DNA of 64,000 nt from Chloroflexia bacterium. GTDB lineage: Bacteria; Chloroflexota; Chloroflexia; Chloroheliales; Chloroheliaceae. A program made the position numbers and the translations under genes. Where the stretch lies: assembly GCA_036261665.1 (NCBI GenBank), contig DATAKM010000133.1:255-64254 (forward strand), given 5' to 3'. The notes beneath the pieces were generated by a model, which saw nothing but the letters and a program-made list of their open reading frames with translations, was not told the DNA's origin and did not search any database. Shown in pieces: positions 28,314-37,339 of the stretch (positions within the stretch are counted from its first letter, which is position 1; the number at the start of each line of letters is the position of its first letter).

Positions 28314-29900
28314 ATGACTAGTAGATACAGAAGCCACCAACCAGAAGCCAGTAGCAAAAACTTAAAATGGGATGCCAGTAAAGCGAGTGCGCTGGCGGCC
28401 ATAGACCTGGAGATCCTGGGAGAACGTATCCGCAGAGCCCGGCAAGAACAGAAGATCTCGCAGCGCGATTTGACCCGCGACCTCTTTACCTCAGCTTACC
28501 TTTCTTCGCTTGAACTGGGCAAGACCCGCCCTACCTATCAAACCCTGACTATCCTGTCCGAGCGCCTGGGCAAGTCTCTCGACTACTTCATCAGACCTGC
28601 TTCGCAGGCCGGTATAGTAGCAGACGAGGAACAGGCCCGGGTTATCAGGGCCCGCCTGGCTCTTTTTCAGGCTGAAGTGCTCCTGTCGCAAGCGCCGGAG
28701 AATGAACAGACCGGCAGGTTGCTTGACGAAATAGAAAAACTGCATTTTTCCAGGCTCAGCGAGCGCGAGAAAGCCTGGTACTACCTCCTGACAGCTCGCC
28801 ACGCCAATCTTAATGCCCGGGCCAGCGAGGCTGAAACAGCCCTGGAACGGGCCAGATCCTACCTGATGGCCCTCAGGAAGCCGGAGGAGACTTTCAAAGA
28901 GCCGGTCGAGAGCGAAGAGCTGGAAGCGCGCCTGTTAGAGCTTGACCTGGAATACGAAGAAGGCCGGCTCGATCTATTGCAGGGAAAAGGACTGGCAGCG
29001 CTGACCCATTTCCAGCGCGGTCTGGAATTGCTGGGGCAAACCACTGGTAATATTGAGCCATCCGCGCAAGCAACTGAAGGGCAGGCGGCGCCAGGAGAAG
29101 CCCTGGCCGGAGAGCGTGCCAGCTACACCGAGCTGATGTCTCGCCTCAGGTCGCAGGACCTCTCTGAGAGTCTTTGGCAAGGAGCGGGGCAGGCTTACCT
29201 TTCGCTGGGTGAACTGGAAGAGGCTGCCCGGGCTTTCGGAAAAGCGCTCTCCTGCGTTGAGGATAACGCCGGCAAAGTGCAGCTCTTTTATAAAACAGCC
29301 GAGAGCTACCTCGAACGCGGCGAGTTTGTACAGGCCGGTTTCTATCTCGGCCAGAGCAGGCAGACCCTGCGAGAGAGCGCCGAGCGCCAAAGCCAGGTAA
29401 TAAACCTGAGTGAACTGGCTTCCCTGGAGGCTCGCCTGGGGCGTTACGACGAATCGCGCGCCCATGCCAGCCGGGCCCTGGAAGAGTACCGCAAAGAAAC
29501 CGGCGGCGCGAGAAGCTCGAATCCGGCCGAGTCTTGCCGGATTATCGCTCAACTGGTGACGCTGGCCAGGGTAGAGGCCCGCCAGGATAAGCTCGATGAC
29601 GCCCTCAACTATGTGGAAGAAGCCCTTTCCTTGAAGGCAAGTTGCCCGGAAGCGCTGGCGCAAGGCCAACTGAACCTGGTTGCCGGGGAGGTTTACAAAC
29701 GGCTGGGCAGGAAGGAAGAAGCCCGCGGCTATTACGAGCTGGCCCTCTCCGCTTTTGAAGACCAGGGCGGCCCTGTTACAGGTGGGGCGGGTCCTAAAGC
29801 TTTTCTGGCCGAGGCTTATTACAACTACGGTCAGAGCCTGCGCGAGTGGGGCGAGATCGAAAGGGCTTTCGAGTACCTTGACAAAGCCTATCAAATGTAA
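28314..29900 (+). CDS. XRE-family HTH plus TPR regulator (RNPP-like architecture)
   Basis: LGERIRRARQEQKISQRDL...SAYLSSLELGKTRP...LGKSLDYF followed by TPR repeats (LAEAYYNYG...AFEYLDKAY). Confidence 0.88.
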   Translation: MTSRYRSHQPEASSKNLKWDASKASALAAIDLEILGERIRRARQEQKISQRDLTRDLFTSAYLSSLELGKTRPTYQTLTILSERLGKSLDYFIRPASQAGIVADEEQARVIRARLALFQAEVLLSQAPENEQTGRLLDEIEKLHFSRLSEREKAWYYLLTARHANLNARASEAETALERARSYLMALRKPEETFKEPVESEELEARLLELDLEYEEGRLDLLQGKGLAALTHFQRGLELLGQTTGNIEPSAQATEGQAAPGEALAGERASYTELMSRLRSQDLSESLWQGAGQAYLSLGELEEAARAFGKALSCVEDNAGKVQLFYKTAESYLERGEFVQAGFYLGQSRQTLRESAERQSQVINLSELASLEARLGRYDESRAHASRALEEYRKETGGARSSNPAESCRIIAQLVTLARVEARQDKLDDALNYVEEALSLKASCPEALAQGQLNLVAGEVYKRLGRKEEARGYYELALSAFEDQGGPVTGGAGPKAFLAEAYYNYGQSLREWGEIERAFEYLDKAYQM

Positions 29901-29913
29901 GAAGTTGGAAAAT

Positions 29914-29952
29914 ATAAAAAGGGCGGTGTTTCTGAAACACCGCCCTTTTTAT
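29914..29952. terminator. Bidirectional intrinsic terminator
   Basis: ATAAAAA-GGGCGGTGTTT-CTG-AAACACCGCCC-TTTTTAT between convergent genes. Confidence 0.9.
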
Positions 29953-30887
29953 TACCAGTATTGCTTGAGCCAGTCGAAGATGCCGCAGCCTGCCAGGTTA
30001 AAATTCTGGGCTACTTTGATCAGCCGGGGAATGCTCGAAACATCGTCCAGCTCAAAAGTCTGGTCGGTGGGAAGCGCGGGGTTGAGCCGGAAGTAGTTAT
30101 CTCCCAGGATCTGGCGGCACTGGTAGTCAACCACTCCGCCGGGACTGTTCAGCAGAATGCGGATCAGCGGGGCGGCCCACTGGGTCAGACCCCAGTCGAG
30201 ATTATCGCCTTTAAGGTAGGAGAGGGTGTTACCTGTACCCAGCGAGAGCAGCACCACTTCGGTGAGGGCAGGCCGGGGTTCGATCTGCACACGAGCATCC
30301 TGGGTCTGGGCCAGGGCCGCCATGCTCGGGTTATTCGCCACCACCCCGCCATCGGCAAAGCCGTCTACCGTGGGGAAGTAAGTGGGGGCGGCGCTGGTGT
30401 AAAGGGCCACGTCTACCGCCTTCATCTCTCCATCCGAGTCGGGGCCGGGATAGTTATGGAAGAATTTGGCCTTCCAGCTTCGTTTATGCGGGTCGGGGTC
30501 GGTGTTGTCCAGGTCGAAAGCCGGGATCAGCACTCTTTTTCCCAGGTTCTTCAGCCGGGTGTCAGCGCCCAGCACCTCCGTCAGCACGCCGCGCAGCGGT
30601 GCCGTACTGTACTCCGCTCCCAGCAGCCGTCCGACATCTTTGATATCGTCCCAGACGCTATCCTGAAAGATCACAGGGCCTTGCTTCACGTACATCTCGC
30701 GAAGCTGAGACGGGGTGAGCCCTTCCGCCAGGCCAAGCGCCAGCAACCCGCCGGTGGAAGTGCCCGCCACCAGATCTACCTTTTCCAGCCAGCCGGGCAT
30801 GGCCACTGAAATCTTTTCCATCAGGGTGGCGGTAAGTACGCCGCGTATACTGCCTCCATCGAGCGCCAGTATGTGATATTTTGGCAT
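29952..30887 (-). CDS. Patatin-like phospholipase
   Basis: ILALDGGSIRG, GTSTG nucleophile, SAAPTYFP, DGG..ANNP, LSLGTG. True start is MPKYHIL after AAAGGAAAG; the ORF-track extension is repeat DNA. Confidence 0.92.
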   Translation of the reverse strand: MPKYHILALDGGSIRGVLTATLMEKISVAMPGWLEKVDLVAGTSTGGLLALGLAEGLTPSQLREMYVKQGPVIFQDSVWDDIKDVGRLLGAEYSTAPLRGVLTEVLGADTRLKNLGKRVLIPAFDLDNTDPDPHKRSWKAKFFHNYPGPDSDGEMKAVDVALYTSAAPTYFPTVDGFADGGVVANNPSMAALAQTQDARVQIEPRPALTEVVLLSLGTGNTLSYLKGDNLDWGLTQWAAPLIRILLNSPGGVVDYQCRQILGDNYFRLNPALPTDQTFELDDVSSIPRLIKVAQNFNLAGCGIFDWLKQYW

Positions 30888-30899
30888 AGTACTTTCCTT

Positions 30900-30935
30900 T
30901 CTGAGGTTTTCTCTGAGGTTTTCTCCGGGGTTTTC
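30900..30935. repeat. 3 x 12-bp tandem repeat just upstream of the patatin RBS
   Basis: TCTGAGGTTTTC, TCTGAGGTTTTC, TCCGGGGTTTTC. Confidence 0.8.
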
Positions 30936-30956
30936 GTTGCTTCGTTGGTACACTTT

Positions 30957-31288
30957 GCCTTGCGGCCGAGATCCTTCGGCGGCGGCCTCAGGATGACAAA
31001 CAAAGTGATCGCGCGATGCGGCCTCACACCCACAGGGGGCGTGACATGTCAGGAAACCGGGCGTGTGGCAAGAGCGAGGTAGCATTTCGACCGCGCGGGA
31101 AAGCCCGCAAGGGGGGCTGTTAGCCAATCCCCACGCTAGTTCAACCAACCCCCATGAATGGGGCTGACAGCCATCAGGCGCTTGAACAGGCCGAATGTAT
31201 TAAGCGGGTTCAGCCGCTTTTGTTGCAATAGCCCGGTTCCTGGCTGTAAGCTTCCCTTGCGGGTAGGTCCTGGGTGCTCGCACGCCTG
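30957..31288. repeat. Composite palindromic repeat cluster 1 (half of element A, cloverleaf element B, C modules)
   Basis: GAGATCCTTCGG..CTCAGGATGACA; CACCCACAGGGGGCGTGACATG; CGCGCGGG..GCTAGTTCAAC..CCCCATGAATGGGG..AAGCGGGTTCAGCCGCTT. Confidence 0.9.
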
Positions 31289-31948
31289 GGACAGCTTTAA
31301 ACCATTTGACCAGGCTCTTTGACATGGGCTATGGCGCTTGCCTGAAGGTCGTGTTTTGTCTGCATTTAGGATGGCATGACTGTAGAGGGCATCGAAATGA
31401 CAATATCAGGTGACTATTCGCTCGCTATGCTATCTTTAGCTTACCATCACTTTGTTTTTAATTCAACGGATAGAGGGTAAAAATCATATAACATCCCTTT
31501 TCGGTGGGAGAGTTACTTTTTTTTATACAACCCTAACGCAATAGTTTTTTACTAATCATAAATTTAGGCTTATAATAGACGTTATGCTGGACATAATGGA
31601 AATGTGTGGATTTAGCTTTGCTAAGGCTTTTAGCTTTTGGAAACACCCGGTTGACATTGTTATATGGAAGTTGAGTACGGCACTCAAGCATCTTGCGAAA
31701 ACCTTTCGTTGCGCTACTGCTACTGGCACAGGTTTTGCTGTGAATAAAGAACCCTCTAACCGGTGATCTCCTGTTGAAGTTGTGGTGTTAAAAGCTTAAT
31801 AGGTATAAGGGCCAACCCCTGATCCAGACAACATTTTTCCTGAGAAAGTGCCCATTTACCGGCAGGACCTTTAAAGTGGATAGAACTGAAGGATAGACAA
31901 ACCGAGCCTTTTCTATAAGGATCATTATTTTTTAGAAGAATCTTAAGC

Positions 31949-34900
31949 ATGGTAGAAAAAGATACGCAATTAACAGGCGAACGGGCAACTCTGGAACGCA
32001 AGAATGGTTATGGTCCTTATGGATTTTTGGCCGGCGGCGGCGAAATGGGCGAGCGAATACGCGCAAAAGATTGGTCTAGCAGCCTGCTGGGACAGGTTGA
32101 AAGCTGGCCGCAGAGCCTGCAATCGGCTCTGAGCATCTGCCTTAATTCCGCTTACCCCATCGCGCTTTACTGGGGTCCACAACTTGCCCTGCTCTATAAC
32201 GATACCTGGAGTCCTATTCTGGGAAATAAGCATCCCCGGGCCCTGGGACAGGCCGGCCACGCAGTCTGGCCGGAAATCTGGGATACTATCGGGCCGCTTT
32301 TCGATAAGGTAAAGCGAACCGGCGAAGGAGTCTGGCTGCAAAACGAACTGCTGTTGATGAACAGGCACGGCTATGTCGAAGAGTGTTACTTCAACTATAC
32401 GTTCAGCCCTATTCGGGGCGAAACCGGAATCGAAGGCATTTTTAACGCGGTGGTCGAAACCACTTACCAGGTAATCAATGAACGCCGCAACCGTTTCCTG
32501 CGCCACCTGGCCGAGCGAACTTCTGGCGCGGCCTCGGCTCGCGAGGTTTACAAACTGGCGGCGGAGGCTATTGGGTCTGCCGACCGCGATATTCCGTTCG
32601 CCCTCTTTTATCTCCCGGACGATAGCGGGAAAGAAGCGCGGTTAGCCGGTGCGGCAGGGCTTACAGCCGGGTCGCCTGCCGCGCCCGCTAAAATAGGTCT
32701 GGCGGATGAGGCCGGGCAGGTCTGGCCGCTGGCCGAGCTTGCAAAATCGGGTAAGCCAGCGGTAGTGACTGACCTGAAGGAGCGCTTTGGCGCTTTGCCG
32801 GGCGGCGCCTGGGATGAGTCCTGTAACACGGCCCTGGTTCTGCCCGTAGCGCGTTCCGGCCAGGAGCGCCCCTACGGCTGGCTGGTGGCGGGAGTCAGCC
32901 CGCGCCTGGCCCTCGATGAAGAATACCGGGCCTTTTTTGAGGCTATTTCCGGTCAAACCGCCACCGCCATCAATAACGCCCAGGCCTATGAAGAAGAACG
33001 CCGGCGGGCGGAAGCCCTGGCCGAAATTGACCGGGCCAAGACCACCTTTTTCAGTAACATCTCGCACGAATTTCGGACCCCGCTTACCCTTATGCTGGGG
33101 CCTATCGAAGATATCCTGGCCGAGAAAGAAAAGCTCTCCAGCGCCCAGCAGGAAGGGGCTGAGATGCTGCAACGCAACTCCCTGCGCCTGCTCCGCCTGG
33201 TGAATGCCCTGCTAGATTTCTCGCGGATTGAAGCCGGGCGGGTCCAGGCGGTATACGAACCGACCAACCTGGCCGCTTTCACGGCGGAACTGGCCAGCAG
33301 CTTTCGCTCGGCTATCGAAAGAGCCGGCATGGAATTGATTATTGACGCGCCTCCGCTGGCTGAACCGGTTTATGTAGACCGCGAGATGTGGGAAAAGATT
33401 GTGCTTAACCTGCTCTCCAACGCCTTCAAATATACCCTGCAAGGCACGATCAAAGTCAGCCTGCGACAGGCAGGGGAGGCGGTGCAACTGAGCGTGGCCG
33501 ATAACGGAGTGGGTATTCCCGAAGCGGAACTGGGGCATGTCTTTGAGCGCTTCCACCGGGTCGAGGGAGTCGAGGGCCGCACCCAGGAAGGTACGGGCAT
33601 CGGCCTGGCCCTGGTCCAGGAACTGGTCAGGCTGCACTCCGGCGAAATCGGGGTAGAAAGCCGGGTCGGGCAGGGTACCACCTTCACGGTCTGTATTCCG
33701 GCAGGGACTGAGCATTTACCGCAGGAGCGTGTTTCGGGTAGCCGCAAACTGGCTTCCACCGCTGTCGGAGCGAACGCTTACGTGGAAGAGGCTATGCGCT
33801 GGCTAGGCGGGCGGGAAGAGCTTGCCCAGGCTATCCGGGATATCCCTTTTGAGCCGGAAATAGGCCGAAATGGCGAAGCGGGTAAGCCTGGTTCGGATGA
33901 GTTACCCCATATCCTGGTGGCGGACGATAACGCCGATATGCGCGAGTATATCAAACGCTTACTCGCTCAAATGTACCGGGTGGAAGCGGTGGCGGACGGG
34001 CAGGCGGCCCTGGAGGCTATCGAGGCAAACAAACCCGACCTGGTGCTGACCGATGTCATGATGCCGAAGCTCGATGGTTTCGGTCTGCTTAAAGCCCTGC
34101 GCGCTAACCCGCGCACCCGCACTCTGCCGGTAATTATGCTCTCGGCGCGGGCCGGTGAAGAGGCTCGCATTGAAGGGCTGGACGAGGGCGCGGACGATTA
34201 CCTGGTCAAGCCTTTCAGCGCCAGGGAGTTGCTGGCCCGGATTAGCTCACATCTGGCTCTTGCCAGGGTCCGCCAGCAGGCCGAGCAAGCCGCCGGCATC
34301 GAGCGCGAACGCCTCTACGAGCTTTTTATGCAAGCCCCGGCGGTGATCGCGGTCCTGAAAGGTCCGCGGCATGTCTTTGAACTGGCCAACCCCCTTTACC
34401 TGCAATTGATCGGGCAGGGCCGCGAGGTTATCGGCAAAACGGTGGCGGAAACCCTGCCCGAGGTGGTGGACCAGGGCTTTATTGATTTGCTCGATAAGGT
34501 CTACCAGACGGGCGAAACCTTTTTTGGCAATGAGATTCCTGTCAAGCTTGACCGTAATACCGGCGGCAACTTTGAGCAATTCTACCTCAATTTTGTCTAC
34601 CAGCCGCATAGAACTGCCACTGGTGAAATCCAGGGAATTCTGGTCTACGCGGTGGATGTAAGTGAGCAGGTTAAAGCCCGGCAGAGAGTGGAAGAACAGA
34701 ACCGGGTGCTGGAGATGATTACCAGCGGGGCTTCCCTGGCTGCCGCGCTGGAATTTTTAGCGCGGAGTATCGAGAAGCAATCCGGTGAAAACATGCGAGC
34801 CTCGATCCTGTTACTGGATAAGGATGGCAAGCATCTGCGCCACGGCGCGGCCCCTGATTTGCCGGAAGAATATAACCAGGCCATAGACGGGATTGAGATC

Positions 34901-36238
34901 GGACTGGCGGTGGGTTCCTGCGGCACCGCCGCATTTACCGGAAAGCCGGTGATCGTTTCAGATATTGCGACCGACCCGCTCTGGGATGATTTTAGAGAAC
35001 TGGCCTTGCGGCACAATCTGCGGGCCAGCTGGTCCACGCCCATCTTCTCTTCGGATCAGCGTGTGCTCGGCACTTTTGCGGTCTATTATCCGAAACCGCG
35101 TGTTCCCACCGACCAGGACCGTATGGTGATTGACTTTGCCACTCGCACCGCTGCGCTGGTGATTGAACGCGCCCGGGCGGAAGAAGCCCTTCGGGATAGC
35201 GAGGAGCGCTTCCGTACCCTGGCCGACAATATCTCGCAACTGGCCTGGATGGCCGATGAGGACGGCTCGATTTACTGGTATAACCAGCGCTGGTACGATT
35301 ATACCGGCACGACCTTTGAATCCATGCAGGGCTGGGGCTGGCAGCAAGTGCACCACCCTGACCATGTAAAACGAGTGGTGGATAAAATTCTGTACCACTT
35401 CCAGACGGGCCTGGAATGGGAGGATACCTTTCCCCTGCGCAGCAAAGAGGGCGAGTACCGCTGGTTCCTATCCCGCGCTATTCCCATCCGTGATGCCGGA
35501 GGCAAGGTGCTGCGTTGGTTTGGGACGAACACGGATATTACCGAGCGCCTGGAGCTTGAACAGCGCCGGGATGAGTTTATCGGCATTGCCAGCCACGAGT
35601 TGAAAACGCCCCTGACCAGTGTCAAGGGTTATGTTCAACTCCTGGAACGCATGCTCAGTGGCTCGGATAACGACAAAGCCAGACTTTATTTTGCCAAGAC
35701 CAATATCTATATTGACCGCTTAAACAGCCTGATTGCCGATTTGCTGGATGTCTCGCGCGTCCAGGCCGGAAAGCTGCAATTCAATCTTTCCGAGTTCGAT
35801 TTCGATGAACTGGTCAAAGAGGGGGTCGATAGTATTCAACCAACCGCCACTCATCATAAGATTGAGCTGGTAGGGAAAGCCGGCACCACGGTGGTCGGGG
35901 ACCGCAACCGGCTGGAACAGGTTCTGACTAACCTGCTGACTAATGCTATCAAGTATTCTCCACAGGCCGACCGGGTGGTGGTGTCGGTCAGCAAGAATCA
36001 GGACAGCGTTGAGGTAGCGGTGCAGGATTTCGGCATCGGTATTTCGAGGGAGAACCAGGCCAAAATCTTCGAGCGCTTTTACCGGGTAGAGAGCAGCGCC
36101 AGGGGTTTCTCCGGGCTGGGTATCGGCCTCTACATTTCGAGCGAGATAATTAACCGGCATAACGGCACATTGAGCGTTGAGAGCGAGGAAGGGAAAGGTT
36201 CTATTTTTACCTTTACCCTGCCCATCTCGCCAGACTGA
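31949..36238 (+). CDS. Hybrid sensor with two kinase cores (PAS-GAF-HisKA-HATPase-REC-PAS-GAF-PAS-HisKA-HATPase)
   Basis: Two H-boxes (SHEFRTPL, SHELKTPL), two N/G boxes (NLLSNAFKY..GTGIGL; NLLTNAIKY..GLGIGL), REC (LVADDN..DVMMP..KPF), GAF (GSCGTAA), PAS (VHHPD). Confidence 0.95.
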   Translation: MVEKDTQLTGERATLERKNGYGPYGFLAGGGEMGERIRAKDWSSSLLGQVESWPQSLQSALSICLNSAYPIALYWGPQLALLYNDTWSPILGNKHPRALGQAGHAVWPEIWDTIGPLFDKVKRTGEGVWLQNELLLMNRHGYVEECYFNYTFSPIRGETGIEGIFNAVVETTYQVINERRNRFLRHLAERTSGAASAREVYKLAAEAIGSADRDIPFALFYLPDDSGKEARLAGAAGLTAGSPAAPAKIGLADEAGQVWPLAELAKSGKPAVVTDLKERFGALPGGAWDESCNTALVLPVARSGQERPYGWLVAGVSPRLALDEEYRAFFEAISGQTATAINNAQAYEEERRRAEALAEIDRAKTTFFSNISHEFRTPLTLMLGPIEDILAEKEKLSSAQQEGAEMLQRNSLRLLRLVNALLDFSRIEAGRVQAVYEPTNLAAFTAELASSFRSAIERAGMELIIDAPPLAEPVYVDREMWEKIVLNLLSNAFKYTLQGTIKVSLRQAGEAVQLSVADNGVGIPEAELGHVFERFHRVEGVEGRTQEGTGIGLALVQELVRLHSGEIGVESRVGQGTTFTVCIPAGTEHLPQERVSGSRKLASTAVGANAYVEEAMRWLGGREELAQAIRDIPFEPEIGRNGEAGKPGSDELPHILVADDNADMREYIKRLLAQMYRVEAVADGQAALEAIEANKPDLVLTDVMMPKLDGFGLLKALRANPRTRTLPVIMLSARAGEEARIEGLDEGADDYLVKPFSARELLARISSHLALARVRQQAEQAAGIERERLYELFMQAPAVIAVLKGPRHVFELANPLYLQLIGQGREVIGKTVAETLPEVVDQGFIDLLDKVYQTGETFFGNEIPVKLDRNTGGNFEQFYLNFVYQPHRTATGEIQGILVYAVDVSEQVKARQRVEEQNRVLEMITSGASLAAALEFLARSIEKQSGENMRASILLLDKDGKHLRHGAAPDLPEEYNQAIDGIEIGLAVGSCGTAAFTGKPVIVSDIATDPLWDDFRELALRHNLRASWSTPIFSSDQRVLGTFAVYYPKPRVPTDQDRMVIDFATRTAALVIERARAEEALRDSEERFRTLADNISQLAWMADEDGSIYWYNQRWYDYTGTTFESMQGWGWQQVHHPDHVKRVVDKILYHFQTGLEWEDTFPLRSKEGEYRWFLSRAIPIRDAGGKVLRWFGTNTDITERLELEQRRDEFIGIASHELKTPLTSVKGYVQLLERMLSGSDNDKARLYFAKTNIYIDRLNSLIADLLDVSRVQAGKLQFNLSEFDFDELVKEGVDSIQPTATHHKIELVGKAGTTVVGDRNRLEQVLTNLLTNAIKYSPQADRVVVSVSKNQDSVEVAVQDFGIGISRENQAKIFERFYRVESSARGFSGLGIGLYISSEIINRHNGTLSVESEEGKGSIFTFTLPISPD

Positions 36239-36254
36239 GAAGGCGGGATTTTAA

Positions 36255-36623
36255 ATGAAAGATAAGAGCGTCCTGATCTGCGAGGACGATGAAGGGATTA
36301 TTGATGTTGCCCAGATCGTGTTGGAAGAGATGGGTTACACGGTAATCGTGCAGAACGATTCGACCAATATTTTTGCCCGCATAGAGGAAGTCCAGCCGCA
36401 CCTGATTCTGCTGGACCTCTGGATGCCGGGCTTAAGCGGCGCGGAAATTACCCGCCGCTTAAAAGCGGATGCCCGGACGCAGTTTATTCCCATTATTATT
36501 ATGTCGGCCAACCGGGATACCGCCCGCATCGCGCAGGAAGCCGGGGCGGACGCTTTCCTGGCCAAGCCTTTTGATATTTCGGCGCTGGAAGAGGTAGTGG
36601 CCAGCCATCTCCGGGCGACCTGA
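36255..36623 (+). CDS. Single-domain response regulator (CheY-like)
   Basis: LICEDD, LLDLWMP, MSA, KPF. Confidence 0.93.
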   Translation: MKDKSVLICEDDEGIIDVAQIVLEEMGYTVIVQNDSTNIFARIEEVQPHLILLDLWMPGLSGAEITRRLKADARTQFIPIIIMSANRDTARIAQEAGADAFLAKPFDISALEEVVASHLRAT

Positions 36624-36662
36624 CTTGCCCTTTCCGAAGCCGCAAGGCAAGGTCATCCTGAG

Positions 36663-36890
36663 TAGTCTGACACAAAAATTTGTTAGAGTCCCTTAAAGAT
36701 AAGCCTTTGCGCTTACTCGGCACTAAAGGCCGAGCTACCAGCTTAAGTCCACTATAAGGGACTAATTTATGCTTTACCAATGATCTTTTAGTGCCTTTAG
36801 AGCACTTAAACTGGTAGCCCGCAGTTTACTTGCGGGTAGGGCTTAAGACTTATCTTTAGCTAATGATGCCACCATTTTTGTGTCAAAGTA
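36663..36890. mobile_element. 228-bp MITE with 17-bp terminal inverted repeats and a CTGAG target duplication, inserted in an element-A half
   Basis: TAGTCTGACACAAAAAT (36663-36679) and ATTTTTGTGTCAAAGTA (36874-36890); CTGAG at 36658-36662 and 36891-36895. Removing it restores GTCATCCTGAGGCCGCTGCCGAAGGATCTC. Confidence 0.88.
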
Positions 36891-36959
36891 CTGAGGCCGC
36901 TGCCGAAGGATCTCGCGCTGCCGGGCTCAGGCAGGGGCGAGCCTTTTCCAGGTTGGCTC

Positions 36960-36988
36960 TTGCCAGCTTTTAAAAGGCTTGCTATAAT
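36960..36988 (+). promoter_or_regulatory. Sigma70 promoter ~350 nt upstream of EamA
   Basis: TTGCCA, 17 nt, TATAAT, with a TG extension. Confidence 0.65.
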
Positions 36989-37339
36989 CGGGTGGTCTGG
37001 CCTTTTAGTGGTTTAGCAGTTAAAATTTGATTTAACCGGCAGGATTATAACTTTGAACCCTCTTACTCCGTTTCGGACGGGCGTACTGCCCCCGCCGGCC
37101 CGCAAGGTTCCCGCTGTAGTAGTCAGCGCGAACTAAGCGAGTGGCGGAAAATAGAAAATCTCTCGAAAATTTGCGCCTGCTTCCCGGCAGGTAGCAATTT
37201 GAAAGCTCTGCCTGTCTGGTAATGGCTCTTTGCCATGCTGATTACCAACCGGCTCTTTTTCCACACTCCTCTTATTTACCCTTTTAAATTTATAATCTCA
37301 ATAATAGATAGGACCTGACAGGTCGAGGAGTTTCTTTAC

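Noticed and set aside
29952-30887. Patatin as a CBASS (CapV) or other defence effector
   Set aside because: No CD-NTase or other defence gene is adjacent; it is monocistronic and convergent with the XRE-TPR gene.
30888-31148. N-terminal extension of the patatin ORF and other short ORFs over repeat clusters (e.g. 46071-46283, 57868-58233, 61016-61207)
   Set aside because: They are translations of non-coding palindromic repeats; the same pseudo-peptides (RPRSF..LRMT) recur at each copy.
31300-31940. Hidden gene or sRNA upstream of the hybrid kinase
   Set aside because: AT-rich, with only short ORFs, one TTGACA and a small hairpin; consistent with ordinary promoter DNA.
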